From Lingula anatina (taxonomy: Eukaryota; Animalia; Brachiopoda), in the NCBI GenBank assembly GCA_051362555.1, contig CM120640.1, forward strand, positions 36,723,967 through 36,787,966: a stretch of 64,000 bases of DNA, written 5' to 3'. The notes beneath the pieces are model-generated. The model was not told where the DNA came from. It did no database searches and saw nothing but the letters and a program-made list of their open reading frames with translations. The position numbers and the translations under genes were made by a program. Positions within the stretch are counted from its first letter, which is position 1; every line of letters begins with the position of its first letter. Of this stretch, positions 39,599 to 52,500 are shown one piece after another.

Positions 39599-39856
39599 CT
39601 TCACAGCGAATTTCTCAGCATTTTCAACTGTCAGTAGCCTCAGGTTTTCACCTGTTCAACTTTATTTTACCACTGTATCTTGAAAAAAGATATTGGTGAG
39701 TCATTCTGCATATTATGTATTCAAAACTGCAATTTTAAGAAATCGATATTTTTAGTTTTCATTTTTTTTTAACTTTTTTTTTTTTTTGAAAACTCATAGG
39801 AATTATGCATTGAATCTACTTTTATTTGTTTGATCATTCATTTCCCATTTACCTTT

Positions 39857-39895
<39 letters not shown>

Positions 39896-40139
39896 TTTGT
39901 TTCCTTGTTTGTTTGTTTCCATGAAACGAAATATTTCCTTTTCAAAGAAAGCTGCTGTAGTTTGGCCATGTTCCTAGAGAAACCGATTTTTTTTACTGTT
40001 TTTGCTGAGAACTTGATAAAGAAATTCTTCAGTCATCCCCATGCTACACCTTGGATGCATGTTTTTGTCCATTGACTATGACTTAAAATTTACGCACACT
40101 CAGTCATGTACAACAAAGATAATTTTGCTCCTTACAGAA

Positions 40140-40790
40140 ATGTGTAGTACAACTGTATCCACCCGTAGTGGAGTCCACTACCACGCACATTATTGCCCAT
40201 GTGGATGTGGTGGCATCTTTAGATCCAAAACTAAGGTATCAAATACAACGTTAGCTACTATGGCTTCAACGCTGTTTACCTTTGCCATGAAAACATTTAA
40301 GAATGTCTTTGGAAACACCACCTTTAAGTCTAGAATCCCTATAGCAGTTAACGGGTGTCTCCGTTTTACTGAGAGGGCACATTGCCCAGCGGTTGTGATC
40401 CAAAGAATACCCAAACCTAGTCGTATTCCCGTTGCTACTAAAGCATTGTATGGTGGTGGTGAGGGGAGAAATGAAAGGGGGGAAATTATTGTGGCTGATC
40501 CTCTGTGGAGGATGAGGGGTAGGCGTGCTCGTAAAACGCCTATGCCTAGATCTCTTCTGATTTCTGCTTGGCACCCTATCAGTGACAGGCACACTTCAAG
40601 AAGTGTCGCCGATGCTTTGAGGAAGACAGAGCTATATGGCAGCTCTAAGTTTTGTGGTGATGAGTTTACTCCTTGTAGTCGAAAAGTAAGAGTTAATAGC
40701 AATGCACTGGTATCAGAAGTGATACGCACTTCTACAAGGCGTTCATCGTTTACTGGTTCTGTATTGAGAATGTTCTGTTTGGGGTGGTAG
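40140..40790 (+). CDS. Uncharacterised basic 216-aa protein with two SxIP (SRIP) motifs; single coding exon after a non-coding first exon
   Basis: Non-coding exon about 39560-39695 with donor G|GTGAGT; acceptor ttttgctccttacag ends 40137; ATG at 40140; 651-nt ORF with higher GC than its flanks, ending TAG at 40790. Confidence 0.72.
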   Translation: MCSTTVSTRSGVHYHAHYCPCGCGGIFRSKTKVSNTTLATMASTLFTFAMKTFKNVFGNTTFKSRIPIAVNGCLRFTERAHCPAVVIQRIPKPSRIPVATKALYGGGEGRNERGEIIVADPLWRMRGRRARKTPMPRSLLISAWHPISDRHTSRSVADALRKTELYGSSKFCGDEFTPCSRKVRVNSNALVSEVIRTSTRRSSFTGSVLRMFCLGW

Positions 40791-40883
40791 CTCAGTACTT
40801 GTGCCCCTGATTGTATATATATTGTATATGATATCATAACATGGCATTCAGTCCTTCGAAGAGCGTTTGCAAATTTTCATTGC

Positions 40884-40920
<37 letters not shown>

Positions 40921-40944
40921 GTTGTTGTTGTTGTTGTTGTTGTT
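40884..40944. repeat. Compound (ATT)n(GTT)n microsatellite
   Basis: Direct reading of sequence. Confidence 0.9.
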
Positions 40945-41941
40945 ATTTGCATTCTATACAAAAGTATTTCTAAGAACCTTTTAACAACTTGAATTTACAT
41001 TGAATACCACTTGCTTTATAAGCACTTGTATGACTGCATGGAAGATACATTTTGGGCAATTTCAATTTAATATTCAATTCGTTTTGAGCGCTTTTTTATG
41101 GAAAATTTTAATATTTCATTTATAAAAGAAAATACATTAAAAATTCATCAATTTAAAACCAAATTTACTCTGCTGACCCTACAGTAATTTTGGATGAAAT
41201 ATATAAAGCCGTTTGTTCTACTAGTTTATAGTTTTAATGCATGTAATCAATACATAAACATTTACAACAATTTCTGCAGAGTTTATGTTATTTCTGGTTA
41301 TCATTGACCACATACTCATTAGAATATCTCCGAGGAGGATCATGTTCTTGTTGGTGCTGGCCACACTGACAGGAACATTTGGAAAGTTCATGATCAACCC
41401 TTATTGATTTTGGCCAAATCTGTAAGGTCATTGGTCATGATCTTTTCATCATAGCATGTGTTTGTGTTGATGTAGGGCCCCATCAACACCAACACTGCTA
41501 TATTCCTCTGGAAGTGTGAGTATGTAGGTCTATCATTACCAGTTATATCATTTTTGCTAAAGAAAGTGTTGTCATCTCAATACTTGTCTATGACAAGTTT
41601 TTCATGATAGACGAAAACTAATTAATGTTTGAGGGATAAGATTCTTTCTAAAAGTTGATTTTTTAATTGCATTTTTCCACAAAAGGGTGATATGGACAAT
41701 TTTAATATACTTCTAAATTTTGTCATTTTCTTCTGATTTACCGAGGTATCTTCCACGCAGTCCTTCCCTTTCAACTTGTATATATCTGCACTCGTGTTCC
41801 AAAAAGAAGATATTAAAATATCACATAGATAATAAAATATCACATTTTAACGAAAGTCCTTCCTGTCAATTTTGATGTAAAATTAAATTCGAAATAAAAA
41901 AACTTTCTCGTACACTACATCTTGTCTTTGTTCTTTTTTCG

Positions 41942-41943
<2 letters not shown>

Positions 41944-42022
<79 letters not shown>
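41944..42022. repeat. (CT)n microsatellite followed by short (CA)n
   Basis: Direct reading; it accounts for the ERERER/SLSLSL ORFs in the track. Confidence 0.95.
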
Positions 42023-42026
<4 letters not shown>

Positions 42027-45000
42027 CACACACACACCTACATACACAGATTCACACGTGCACACAGGCATCCACGCACAGACTTAGCGACACGCGCACG
42101 ATTTTATATACTGAATACAAATAATTGGGATTACTCAGACACACATTTCTTATTTACAGAAAATTACAATTGAATAACTTCAAAATTAATGTGTATATAT
42201 ATATTACGTACAGAGTGAAACGGGTTGATTCAAGGGCTTATTGACTTTAAAGTGCTGTAATTACAGAAAAAAAATTACAGAAATAAGGGCAGATTAAAAT
42301 ATCTGTTGTATACACGCCATCACCGTCATCACACCTACATGTACGTAGTAAGACAATCCCCCAACTTCTACCTGCCAAGTCATATTGTAGTTGTACGAGC
42401 AGGACTGCACTCAACAAATTTTCTGCTAAAGAGGGCTTTTTACCCCCTCGCTGGCCCATTTTCAGAAACTGTAAAACTGATCAAAATATTAGTCAGAGCG
42501 AAACTTATTCGACCAGAAGAGCGTTTCTTTCGAAAAAAAAATTCCCGAACCTCTCCTGCCTACGGGTACGACATGCATACCAATCGTTATCATTCACTTT
42601 TAATATGCACTAGATATGTTTATAGATATGAAATGAAAATGTTTCTTTAAATTGAACGAGTACGTTGTGACAAAGATTATTATGTACGCCTTGTTTGAAG
42701 CAGTGACGGTCCTGCTTAATCATTTCGTGTTATTTAATTACACGCAAAAGCTTTTATGAGTATAAGATGCACTCTCGTGATCACGGGTGCTATCAAAAAA
42801 AGCTGTAGTTTCACAGCACTGTGATATGTTACTGTCAACAGAGGTTTCAACTAAATCCATAATAATGCGTGCATAAATTCAAAGTTACGGACATTACGTG
42901 CACGAGAAAACGAAACATTTATATGCAACCAAGTCAGTTAATTCATTTATGCAAGGATGTCTATAACCCTTTGTCTACGATCCTTTGAGCCACCTATATC
43001 GTTATTACATAAGTTTAATTTATTTTTCTTAACAAACTAAAATAACCTTATTAAAGTTTTTAAATTATCTATGGTCTGCCAAGGAGTAAGAATACACCAT
43101 ACTTTAAAAGTATGGTACCTCCAACTGTCATCTGCTTAAAATGCTGTATAGAATTATGAAACCCCCAGTGTAATGATGTAAGTGCAATTACAGTCAAAGG
43201 CTGTTTTATTTCTATGCCGCAGCTGATATGCTAAATGAGAAATCTGGTGGTAGTTGGGAGCGGTACAAGGAAACCATTGAATTACGTTATCTCTGCAGAC
43301 ATCCTTATTGTTTTCACAGTATCTCAATAAAAATGACAATGATCTTTTGACGGAATAAGTTGTCAATTTTCGGGTAGGTTGAATTGTAGTTTCCATTTCA
43401 TAGGTGAAGGAGGAAAATTTCCCAGTGCCAAGAATGTGCATAACAATAATCCAAGCATTACCCAACTCGTTTCACCTTGCTTCTCATTGCATCCCAGCAT
43501 GCAAACTAGTAATTGCCCCAGCAGCTGTTGGTTTTTTTGTGGCTTTAGAACACAAACGTAATGCAACAAAAGAGACAGGGAATGAAAAAATATCGTTTAT
43601 GCCTTAACAATGACAGGATCAGCAGTAATATCGTTAAGGGTGTTCAACTTGTAATGTTCAGAGGTGAACAAAGCACGGAGTTTTCAAGGCTATCCACTTT
43701 CACGTCTGCCATGTAAAATACTTGAGATCACCATAATGGGGAAAGTGAGTGCTAAAAATAAACATTAAAAGGGGGGAAATAAAAAAGAGAGATTGTGCGT
43801 GATTATATAAACAAATACAGAATAAACATTTAATAAGATTTGGGGTTATACAACTATGCCCTCAGAATTTAACAGTTATGTCTGACCAGAGAATTATATC
43901 GTCTACGATACAATTCCCTGGTCTGGCATATTAACACTTTCTAACACAAAATAATTCATGCAAATATTGTTGTTTGACATTACAAATGTTTCAAATGACA
44001 TGGCTTCAATATTGTGAGACAAAACGTATGGCACGTATATTTGGTATTTTAAAATTATGACACATATACATGTATATTTGGTGTTAATCTCACTGACCTT
44101 TGAGAATGAACTTTGTCGTTTTGACTAGAATGATATGTCTCAACTAGCACATTTTTTTGGGGGTGGTGGGGTAAAAACGTTTCAGTGATTATAGCAATTC
44201 ATTAAATGAAAACAGAACACATTTTGACACATTTCCGACTGTCACATAGAACACATTAATTTCTAGACATTTAAAAAAAACAAGTGCCATGATGAAAGGG
44301 ACCAGACGTTGGTCAATTTTTTCATCTTTAACTGTAACTTTTTATGATTAATTCAAACTTTACTCCTGATCCCAAGCCCAGCAAATGGGAAAAAATCTTA
44401 AATGCCAAATCTGCTTTTTAAAATCAATATCTCTTTAAAATTCTGCAAACTGAACACTTGAAATTGAATATTCATTTGCACTTATCTTTCTTCAGATCTT
44501 GGTACTTTTTTAATCTGTGTCCAATAAGACAGAAATCAAATCCGTCAAGGATGTACATGTAAATGTAGAAAAAAAAATTGAAAGATAGAGTTTGCTACAT
44601 AGAATTCCCCACTGATCATTTCTATTACCAAAATAAAGGCTTCTTCTTTACAAATTACATTAATTGGCCTCTTAGGTCAGTTATCTCTATTTCTGATTAT
44701 CTAGCATGATTATCAGTTTACCTGACGTATATCACCGGTTGTTATGCTCTTGCAATCAACAAACGGATCTTTGACAGGTGTGTACCTGATAATTACCTTT
44801 TAGAATTTCAAAGCCATGTTTGCCTAATTTGCAGAAAACCGAGTACCAGTCAATATTGACAAGACAATGACGGTGCCATTAACAAGTCTTTTTTGAAAAG
44901 TCTCAAATGAAATGAAAAGACTTTTACTGAATGTTTACAAATTGAATCTCACCTTACTCTAAGTTGAATGATGCATGCATTTGAAACTTTATGAGTACAG

Positions 45001-45399
45001 AATTAGGCTGAGGCTTTAAATAGTGACAAATTAAATAAAGATTAATATATATAGAACAGACGTTTTCACTTCTATGATATAGGGCTACCGTATAGCCTAC
45101 ATAAACTGGAAGAGTTTCAACAACAATCATATACCTCCTATACCTCATTCATACTACTGTTTGAAATATCTGGCTTTTTCAAATGCAAATTTTAGATGGA
45201 AAATACAATTTGCATCTACTTTCATGTTATGTCATTTTGTTGGTTTTGAAAACTATCTGTTTTACAAAAAATTACGATAGCTCATACACGTACATAGGCA
45301 TAAACATAGGCATATCACAAAAATGCACAAAACTTGTTTAAGAAGGTCGTACTATTCATAGCATACTAAAAGCACCAGGTGAAGTACTTTGTATGGTTT

Positions 45400-46519
45400 A
45401 CATGATCTCGTCACACGTAAAATGCGGATTTCACTTCGGTGTAGGTAATAATACTCTTTATTACTCGCTTCGCCACGGCTGACGCATGTGACTCGGTGCA
45501 CTGGTGCAGTTTCAATAATCGTCATATAAACGTCCAATCACGTAGCTGATTTCATAAATCCTGCTATCTGATTGGGCCATTCAGATAACGTGCGATGAAA
45601 AGCAGTGCAGTATCCCCCGGAGTGTAATCTCACATTACAACTGTGTGTTAACCCGCGCACATCGTTGTGGAAACAAAGCTAAATTGTTAAGAATTGTGCC
45701 CGTGTGAACGGTCTCCAAATGTGTTATTCTTGCAAATACAAGATGACGTCTTGATTACAATTTGCATGCTGGGGCACTCTCATTTCCAACTATTGATTTG
45801 GTAAAGGAAATTGTACAAGTGCTATCATTTGTACATTTTGAAACCAGACGAAGTCTGGTAGGCCATAATAACGACTTCCATGAACTAAACTTGGCAGATG
45901 CTTAACGGGTCACATTTCAGCTTATTTATCTTTGAACTTTAAACAATCCTTGTAGAATGAGATTAACCTTTGTTTCAATGCATGTCCTGTTTACCACGGT
46001 TTAATGGCACATTAATCAGATTTTAGATGCTCGTGATATTGTTAAGAGTAGTCACATTAATTACACATTTGCCATATTGTTGCGGTACTGTTTAAATAAT
46101 GTAACAAGAAATGGGCAGCTAGGGGTCACGAGTTTACGGGTTGATTGGTCGAGTCTATCTATTAAAGAGGAGAAACTCCCGAGCATGTACTCGTGCATCA
46201 TTTTTATTCAAGAATATCGCATATGAGTAAATAATAATTTCACACACATTTATCAATATCTGCAATTAAAAAGTTATGAATAACCAAGACCTCACGCGAA
46301 CTGCTAATCTTTACACCTCCAACCCCTCCGAACAAAACTTCGACTCGACTGACTTTGTAGTTCGTCTGATGGCAAGTTCACGAAATAAGCCGGAGGCCGA
46401 ACATCGAAGAATAAAAAGAAGTTAGAAGAGGAAGAGAGTGGTGATCAAAGACGATTAAGAGTTTATATTGAGGATATAACATATATCATCTGACTAGTGT
46501 GCACACGTTAAATGATCAG
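45400..46519 (+). promoter_or_regulatory. Probable promoter and non-coding first exon of ZNF608/609
   Basis: CpG-rich zone with CCAAT/ATTGG boxes (45534, 45571, 46144) and a good donor CAG|GTAAAG after 46519; CpG becomes scarce after about 47.1 kb, as in a methylated gene body. Assignment is an inference. Confidence 0.5.
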
Positions 46520-49500
46520 GTAAAGTTACTTGTTTAGAACGGATGTTTGTGTGGTACATTTGTTTATGGGCCGGTGTAAATGTAATGGCTGTATCATGTG
46601 CTGCCGTATTTTAAGTGCCGTTGTAACAGTGATGGCTTAGTTTACTTCTGCTATCTTTGATAAGCATTGTGTGCACGGTGTTCAATGATACGCTTGAAGA
46701 CTGAAGATACACAAACCATTTCAGCTGCTCTGATTACCCAGGACCAGTGTCGACCTTTGCCAGTGACGTCACTCGCCAGTATCCCAGTCGTTTACGATGG
46801 TTCAGACACTCAAAATTACTTATCAGTTTTTTAAATACGATTTTTAGTTCTAAAGTATGATCTGTTAACATCAAGTAATGATTATTGACATAAGGTGTAG
46901 AATAATATTCCCAACCCCATTGACTTTTTGTGTGACGTCAGTCGTCTGCCTCTCAGGTGACCAAATTGTGAAGTCTTTTCATTGTAAAGATTTTGAAGAT
47001 GGATCATTATGTCGATTATACTAACTCCTCTAAAAATTTAAAAATCGTTGTTCGGGTACGGGATCTATTTTTTTCTGTGAAATTTCATGGAGTGAACTCC
47101 TGATTTGAAGATCATGTTGCAAAATAGCTATAAAATTTTAATTTACTGTCAGCCTGTAATATTTTCCCAGTTTTCTGACTCCAGCAAGCCTATTTATTAT
47201 TTACACATATTAACTGTATGTAACTTATTCTGAGATAAAGAAGCCAACACAACCTATAAATTAAGCATGCTTGTTATTTTGGCAATTCTACTTTTCTCCA
47301 TACCCCTAATCTGCAAATGCCACTCTCACCTGGAAAGCCAATTATTTTGGTTAATAAGTACATTTGTTATATTCAAAGTGTAGCTGCCTTTATCTTGAGA
47401 TTAAGAGTATTTGCAAAACACAAACCAGTTAAATAAACTGTGACATAATCTCTCTAAGCCTGAAATGATCAAGATATAGATCTAAGTGTTGTGAATGTTT
47501 TTTTTTTTTTTTTTGTCTTGCTCTTCAGATTGATGATTGTACTACTCCAATGATAAGCACCCTGGATTAATTGATTTGTGCTTGGAAGATCATTTTTCAC
47601 ATTGAGATATATGTATTGATCTTCCACATGCTATGTTGCCTGCATTATTAATACAAAAGGAGAGACAATGCATTGACTGGATTTCAAAAATTCATCTAGT
47701 ATGTACATCTGTGTCAAAAAAAATTGTTTTCACCATGTTGTATTAAATGAGTGGCAAGATTGACACATAGTTACTACATTGAAGGGCTTTAAAAGCACTT
47801 TGCACTGAATGCCAAGAACATTTTCTCAGAAGTTATTTATGTTTCTCAGCATTGTGATGGATATTTACCCACAGTGACTAGTAGATAATTCTATTTAAGA
47901 AGATTGGAAGCTCACAGTGGATTCATACTGTAGAAACCAAGGATAACCATGGGCCATTAAATTATAATATAACCCGTGTGAGCTGTCCGTTCATCATGGC
48001 AGGCTTGACTTTTATCTTTGCATCTTGCATATATATATTATTAAGCAGTCCATGATAAAAGACACATGAAATTAATCAGATATCTAGAATTAACAGACAG
48101 ACATGCCATTATAGATTAATGGAATTCAAGTCCAACAGAATTTTCAGATTATGCCAGAATCTATTACACAGCACTTAGAAGCAGCACGGCATTATATTCT
48201 TAGGTAGAAAAGATGTTCTTAAGACATTTTTGTATCAAAATAAACCAGTTGCAGTGATTGATTAACTACAAGGGACTGAAATATGTTAATGGAAATTTTG
48301 AACTTATTCCCCCATGGAGACTCATAAATGGGAAGATACAAAGATTTAACAATTAATTGAGCTCAAAATACATTGAGATACAGGTGCATGTATATTGGAA
48401 GGGCACAAAAGTGAAGTCAACATTTGATTATTGGGAATAATTACCAACATTACTATCAAAATCTGTCTTGGTGGAAAATGCACTGTTTTTAGGCCTTTTG
48501 TACTGATCTGACATATTGAAGTCAGAGCAATACATTGCAGTCCTGTACATAAACAGACCTCTTCAGCTGTACACAGACACTTTGCTTCATGCTTCAAAGA
48601 ACAAAAGGACCTTTTCAGAGGTTTATGAAGCGAAAAATGTATCTTACTGTATGATTAATATTGAACTGGCATTTATATTGAATTACGTCTCAGGGGCCCC
48701 AGTGATTTGTCCCAGATGCCGATCATAGTTTCATGAATTCTTTTCAAATACTTAGAAATTGAGTGAAATTTACACTCTGCATTGACTGGGAGCCTATTTT
48801 GATCATTGTTAATATTTGGTTGACTTTGGCATGTAGCTGCATTCCAAGACCACCTTGCTTCTTTTGTGACAAGTAGTGTGGCACTGGGCTGCAAATCTGC
48901 CAGTTCAAATTGATGCTGTTATTCAGTGTGCTCCCTGGATCGATTCATTCCTACATACATACTGAATGAGAAAAGCAAACAGATATAAATAAAATTGTCA
49001 TTGACTTCTCAGACTCCTGACTATTGATCGTGATTTCCTCATTGAAACAAGAGAACAAAAGAGCAGCATGCAAATGGGATACAGAAGTATGGAAACAATG
49101 AGGTCTTTGGAAATTGTCGGCTGTAGTATAATATAACACAGCAAAGTAGAATTTTTGGACACATTTGACTGATATACATGCCAGATTTTTATCATCGCCT
49201 TTGAGCTGTTTTTGAAAGAAAGCACATAATTGATTGCAAGGCGTCAGGTACACTGGTGACTTGTGCTGGGAAATCACTGGCAGCTTATCCAGATTCCAGT
49301 AAGAAAGATCCTAGCAAACAAATCATTAAATAGAGTCAAATAGTTTGCATGTAAAATGTGTTGTGCTTCTTTTTATTTGTATTCTGCTGTGTACAACCTT
49401 GTCTCCAGTCGAGAAGGGTTGTGCCAATACATGTGCCAGGTCCTCCTGACCTCCTTCTGGTTGTGTCTTATTAATATAATCAGGGTCCATATCTGTATAA

Positions 49501-52500
49501 TCATGACCCTGACAAAGATAGTATACTAAATATGTGACTCAGCAGTCATTCTTCGAGGGGATGAATAAAATTTCAGAGAAAAGAGGAAGTAAATACAAAT
49601 GTAGAATAACTAATTGGACATTTCACTTAGTTAACAAGGATTGAAACCTACCACAAGTATGTATCAGGTAATGATCACCTGTGTATTTTTTACTTGGGAA
49701 CTTAACCAGCAATCACAGTCAAGGTAGAGTACTGCATCACAGCTGTTATTGTTGCTACTCTGTCTATGGCTCCTGTTTTACCTGACAAAAACTTTTGGTA
49801 TGACTTAATATAAAAGCAAGGATATTGTAGGTTTACTGTAGCATAATTATTGTTTCAGCCAAACATTTGGAAAAATAGCCAAACAAAATTTTATAGTCAA
49901 TTTATAGTTAATTTGACATAACTCTTTATTAAGTGTTTTCATTTCATTATGGTTTTAAAAGTAAATTGTATTGAACATTTGGTGAAATTAGGATATGCTA
50001 GCATCAGTTTTATTGCTTGACTTGCTTTAATCCTCTTTAGATGTAATACCTGGGCAATGTTGTATTTGATTTGACTTTAAACAAGATCTCAATGTTGATG
50101 GTTCCTTTGTCATGACTGCCAGCAACATATTCATGGCGCAGTCAACTGAGAGAAACGGTGGCTTGTTTTCAATTTGTGGAGGCCCAGTTTGTGGATAGTA
50201 AAAAGACCATGTATTGTAGATCTACTTAGTGCCAGGTGGTGTTCAGGGTGGATGTGATTAATTGATATGTGACTGTATTTACACAGGCCTTTGCTTTGGT
50301 CTCAAGGTTTCTAGTATTTCCCCTAAGTGCTAATGTTACTTTGACTATGGATAACAGTCCGTAGAAGTACAGCCCTATAAAAAAAATGTAATGCATGTAT
50401 CGGTTACTATTCCCCAGTTACTATTGACTTATTTTCTGTATTTTGAAGCATCTGACTTTGTGGAGAAAACTGAAACATGTTTTAACTAAAGTTTTTTCAT
50501 GCGTATGGAATCTTTGGCATGCACTTGTGCCTTAGTGCAAGTGTTTTAGTCTAGGGGACATACCTCAGTTGAAAAAAATGATATGAACATTTTACAAATA
50601 TTTACTGGTTATCAGGGCCACAAGGATACATGTCTTCTCCTTTAAACAGATACTCTCCCCTCGGCTTCTACAGTACCATGGGTCAATATTTGTTTTATTA
50701 TAAAGAGAGCAGATTAAGCCAACACATTTAGCACAAATATTCCAACTGCATGCAAGCATGATTGCTTATGCGTCTGTCAGACATAGCAGCTCTCTCCCAA
50801 TATATTTCAGAAATGTTGATCTATTCATAGTTCATGCAGATATAGTATCAGGGTTTTTTTCACCTCTGTACTTTTTACCTTTTTTCCATGTGCAAGGATT
50901 TCACGAAAATTATTTTAGACATTTAACTTATATGTTAAATATTTTAGATTTTATGTAGATAGTGATATATTCAGTTATTTTCTCATTACTGCTGTCTCTT
51001 TAGATTTTTTTTTTTTAATTATTTTGTATTTTTATTATTTATATATTATTTTTTTAATTTGAGAGTGGGCGCTATATTATTTATGTATTAGGGATACTGG
51101 ATTCCTATTATTTTATTTTTATTATTTAACTTTTATTTCAATTCAAAATATTGAACTAAATCAAGATCAAAATTGTTTGAAAAAGATTTTATTCTTTCTT
51201 TTCCTTAACAGCATTTAACTAAGATTTACTATCCTAAAGTTGGCCTACGAACAGTTCCTTTGTGTTTGAGGCGTAATGCTAAAGGATACCCCATGGAGTG
51301 TTAAGTGCCAGTAAATGATGAACAGTCAGCATTGCCATGAAACATTCAAATCTATTGCCTGTTAAGGAGCCAATCAAATAGCTAAAAACTCAGCTGAGGT
51401 ATAATAATGATATAGATATACCCCCTGGCATTTCTGATCTGTGCAGATTATTTGTTATGCATGTTTACTCTGTTGTGGTATGTATTGTATGAGTTGCTGC
51501 CACAGCTTTACTTCCAATTTGTTATGTACAGGCACTGGTGTGCATGTAGATTGAGTCATCACATGAGACCATTTGTGTGGATGCCAGCCATGTGCATTTT
51601 CCTCGTTAACACAATAGTTCAAAATGGAGCCACAGCTTTGCCTTTTAGTTGCTAGAATAATTTACAGAGCTTAAATATCAGGTCAGGTTTGAAAATCAGT
51701 CTGATTGGATAATTAGATTGAAGGGGGGTTAGTTATCGCATTTACATCCGGATATAGCGATAGACTAATGCTGATTATTTCAGTTTCATCTGTGGGCCGT
51801 ATACAGGGATTTCTTGGTTGTCTTTGAGATTATTTTGGAAATGTGGCCTATGTGCATCTCACTGTTGTTTCCAGAATTCACTGGATTTTTAGTTTTTACA
51901 AATCTGTGATAACTGACTTTCTTAAAGATTAAAGTAACAGGTACTTATTAAAATACGTGCTTTAGATTGAGACTTGGTATAAATAAGATCAGTAAACAAT
52001 GCTTATAAGGTGTTTAAGATAATGCCAGGATAATGGATGCAATGGAGAGACCACTCAAAGCCACAAAACCTTTTCAGCAGACTACTATTTAATGAATTTT
52101 TTCTATGGGCTGTGACCTTCAGCATGTTTAGTATTTTGATTTTAGTAATGTGTAATGCCCAGCTGTAACTTTAACATTTTTGATTGAATGAAATTGCAAA
52201 ATTTGCAGGACTCTTTTCCATAACCTGAAATGCAGATTTAATTGCTACTCAGCATTGTAATACAAGATGCATGGGATTCACAATGACATTGAGAAATAGC
52301 AGCATCTGAAGTGGAAAATATGTGTATGTGTTAGTGTAGTAGTTAAAACTGAGAGGTAAATGGTACAATACATAAATAACCTGTTTAAACACGCTTGGTC
52401 CATATTTTTCTCTTCATGAACAAGCTCAGCTTTGCCAGTCACATTTATTATTTAAAAAAAAAGAAAGAACACTGCTAAGAAATGGTGTTTGAAACAGTTT

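Noticed and set aside
39048-40944. (AAT)n/(AAC)n upstream and (ATT)n(GTT)n downstream of the orphan gene as possible inverted termini
   Set aside because: Block order is not a true inversion and both are common microsatellites; no TSD.
41883-42173. ERERER and SLSLSL ORFs
   Set aside because: Translation of the (CT)n microsatellite.
43154-43607. Cluster of overlapping 60-103 aa ORFs on both strands
   Set aside because: No recognisable motif, mostly non-ATG starts and no phase-consistent link to other exons.
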